From: the human T2T-CHM13v2.0 reference genome, Homo sapiens | NCBI RefSeq assembly: GCF_009914755.1 | Contig: NC_060925.1 | Length of the DNA: 64,000 nucleotides | Direction: 5' to 3' (one strand) | Shown: positions 61,001 to 64,000 of the stretch, in pieces | How the letters are laid out: the number at the start of each line of letters is the position of its first letter | How positions within the stretch are numbered: the first letter of the stretch is position 1 | Made by a program: the position numbers and the translations under genes | The notes under the pieces: generated by a model | The model's input: the letters and a program-made list of their open reading frames with translations, nothing else | Told to the model about the DNA's origin: nothing | The model's database searches: none

Positions 61001-64000
61001 ATTGAATGGAATCATCGAATGGTCTCGATTGGAATCATTATCAAATGGAATGGAATGGAATCACCGAATAGAATCGAATGGAACAATCATCGAATGGACT
61101 CAAATGGAATTATCCTCCAATGGAATCGAATGGAATTATCGAATGCAATCGAATGGAATTATCGAATGCAATCGAATAGAATCATCGAATGGACTCGAAT
61201 GGAATCATCGAATGGAATGGAATGGAACAGTCAATGAACTCGAATGGAATCATCATTGAATGGAATCGAATGGAATCATCGAGTGGAATCGAATGGAATT
61301 ATGATCAAATGGAATCGAATGTAATCCTCATCAAATGGAATCAAAAATAACCATCATCAATTGGTATTGAATGGAATTGTCATCAAATGGAATTCAAAGG
61401 AATCATCATCAAATGGAACCGAATGGAATCCTCATTGAATGGAAATGAAAGGGGTCATCATCTAATGGAATCGCATGGAATCATCATCAAATGGAATCGA
61501 ATGGAATCATCATCAAATGGAATCTAATGGAATCATTGAACAGAATTGAATGGAATCGTCATCGAATGAATTGAATGCAATCATCGAATGGTCTCGAATG
61601 GAATCATCTTCTAATGGAAAGGAATGGAATCATCGCATAGAATCGAATGGAATTATCATCGAATGGAATCGAATGTTATCAACACCAAACGGAAAAAAAC
61701 GGAATTATCGAATGGAATCGAAGAGAATCTTCGAACGGACCCGAATGGAATCATCTAATGGAATGGAATGGAATAATCCATGGACTCGAATGCAATCATC
61801 ATCGAATGGAATGGAATGGAATCATCGAATGGACTCGAATGGAATAATCATTGAACGGAATCGAATGGAATCATCATCGGATGGAAACGAATGGAATCAT
61901 CATCGAATGGAAATGAAAGGAGTCATCATCTAATGGAATTGCATGGAATCATCATAAAATGGAATCGAATGGAATCAACATCAAATGGAATCAAATGGAA
62001 TCATTGAACGGAATTGAATGGAATCGTCATCGAATGAATTGACTGCAATCATCGAATGGTCTCGAATGGAATCATCTTCAAATGGAATGGAATGGAATCA
62101 TCGCATAGAATCGAATGGAATTATCATCGAATGGAATCGAATGGAATCAACATCAAACGGAAAAAAACGGAATTATCGAATGGAATCGAAGAGAATCATC
62201 GAATGGACCCGAATGGAATCATCTAATGGAATGGAATGGAATAATCCATGGACTCGAATGCAATCATCATCGAATGGAATCGAATGGAATCATCGAATGG
62301 ACTCGAATGGAATAATCATTGAACGGAATCGAATGGAATCATCATCGGATGGAAATGAATGGAATCATCATCGAATGGAATCGAATAGAATTATGGAATG
62401 AAATCCAGTGTGATCATCATCGAATGGACCCGAATGGAATCATCATCCAACGGAAGCTAATGGAATCAACATCGAATGAATCGAATGGAAACACCATCGA
62501 ATTGAAACGAATGGAATTATCATGAAATTGAAATGGATGGACTCATCATCGAATGGATTCGAATGGAATCATCGAATAAAATTGATTGAAATCATCATCG
62601 AATGGAATCGAATGGTATCATTGAATGGAATCGAATGGAATCATCATCAGATGGGAATGAATGGAATCGTCATAGAATGGAATCGAATGGATTCATTGAA
62701 TGGAATCAGATGGAATCATCGAATGGACTGGAATGGAATCATTGAATGGACTCGAAAGGGATCATTATTGAATGGAATTGAATGGAATCATCGAATGGTC
62801 TCGATTGGAATCATTATCAAATGGAATCGAATGGAATCACCGAATAGAATCGAATGGAACAATCATCGAATGGACTCAAATGGAATTATCCTCCAATGGA
62901 ATCGAATGGAATTATCGAATGCAATCGAATGGAATTATCGAATGCAATCGAATAGAATCATCGAATGGACTCGAATGGAATCATCGAATGGAATGGAATG
63001 GAACAGTCAATGAACTCGAATGGAATCATCATTGAATGGAATCGAATGGAATCATCGAGTGGAATCGAATGGAATTATGATCAAATGGAATCGAATGTAA
63101 TCCTCATCAAATGGAATCAAAAATAACCATCATCAATTGGTATTGAATGGAATTGTCATCAAATGGAATTCAAAGGAATCATCATCAAATGGAACCGAAT
63201 GGAATCCTCATTGAATGGAAATGAAAGGGGTCATCATCTAATGGAATCGCATGGAATCATCATCAAATGGAATCGAATGGAATCATCATCAAATGGAATC
63301 TAATGGAATCATTGAACAGAATTGAATGGAATCGTCATCGAATGAATTGAATGCAATCATCGAATGGTCTCGAATGGAATCATCTTCTAATGGAAAGGAA
63401 TGGAATCATCGCATAGAATCGAATGGAATTATCATCGAATGGAATCGAATGGTATCAACACCAAACGGAAAAAAACGGAATTATCGAATGGAATCGAAGA
63501 GAATCTTCGAACGGACCCGAATGGAATCATCTAATGGAATGGAATGGAATAATCCATGGACTCGAATGCAATCATCATCGAATGGAATGGAATGGAATCA
63601 TCGAATGGACTCGAATGGAATAATCATTGAACGGAATCGAATGGAATCATCATCGGATGGAAACGAATGGAATCATCATCGAATGGAAATGAAAGGAGTC
63701 ATCATCTAATGGAATTGCATGGAATCATCATAAAATGGAATCGAATGGAATCAACATCAAATGGAATCAAATGGAATCATTGAACGGAATTGAATGGAAT
63801 CGTCATCGAATGAATTGACTGCAATCATCGAATGGTCTCGAATGGAATCATCTTCAAATGGAATGGAATGGAATCATCGCATAGAATCGAATGGAATTAT
63901 CATCGAATGGAATCGAATGGAATCAACATCAAACGGAAAAAAACGGAATTATCGAATGGAATCGAAGAGAATCATCGAATGGACCCGAATGGAATCATCT

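Larger units (their letters stand above)
1..64000 (+). repeat. Human satellite 2 (HSat2/HSATII) tandem array, GGAAT-rich strand on +; about 36 units of 1776 bp, most likely the chr1q12 HSat2A2 (D1Z1/pUC1.77) array
   Basis: Sequence is GGAAT/CGAAT pentamers interrupted by ATC/ATCATC throughout (reverse complement ATTCCATTCG plus ATG repeats, the HSat2 signature). Landmarks such as ATCCAGTGTGATC and the MKLKW ORF start recur every 1776 bp (2192, 3968, 5744, 7520 ...), with periods of 1777, 1775 and 1750 at indels. The chromosome assignment is inferred from the known 1.77-kb period. Confidence 0.96.

Noticed and set aside
7-63709. About 250 + strand ORFs (MESSSN..., MKLKW..., MNGIEW...)
   Set aside because: They are translations of GGAAT-type repeats (MEWNG-like), overlap in several frames, repeat with the satellite period and are broken by random stops and frameshifts. 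No recognisable domain is present. The strand bias follows from the many TCA triplets, which read as TGA stops on the minus strand.
1-64000. CRISPR-like array or mobile-element insertion
   Set aside because: There are no unique spacers or cas genes. The unit period is fully accounted for (1776, +/-1, -26), leaving no room for insertions, and no strand switch is seen.
1-64000. Assignment to HSat3 or alpha satellite
   Set aside because: Pure (GGAAT)n runs are only about 3 copies long, and ATC spacers with TCGA dominate, which is HSat2. There is no 171-bp period and I recognised no CENP-B box.

Overview
The whole 64-kb window is one uninterrupted, single-orientation array of human satellite 2 (HSat2/HSATII). 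It is built from degenerate GGAAT/CGAAT pentamers with ATC spacers (23- and 26-bp motifs), organised into about 36 near-identical 1776-bp units. Each unit has one EcoRI site, matching the classical 1.77-kb chr1q12 satellite (pUC1.77/D1Z1, HSat2A2). I see no genes, transposon insertions, inversions or RNA genes; the + strand ORFs are translations of the repeat. The informative structure is the nested duplication history. Each unit contains a 468-bp internal dimer. Shared variants define monomer duplications, an 8879-bp 5-unit tandem duplication, a 5328-bp 3-unit nascent higher-order repeat, a recurring 26-bp deletion and apparent gene-conversion mosaics. Each unit also carries two DUX4-type TAATGGAATCA motifs. 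I find no support for a previously undescribed biological system. Variant calls were made by eye and some may be missed. Units are numbered U1-U36 by the MKLKW pseudo-ORF start (415, 2192, 3968 ... 62522).
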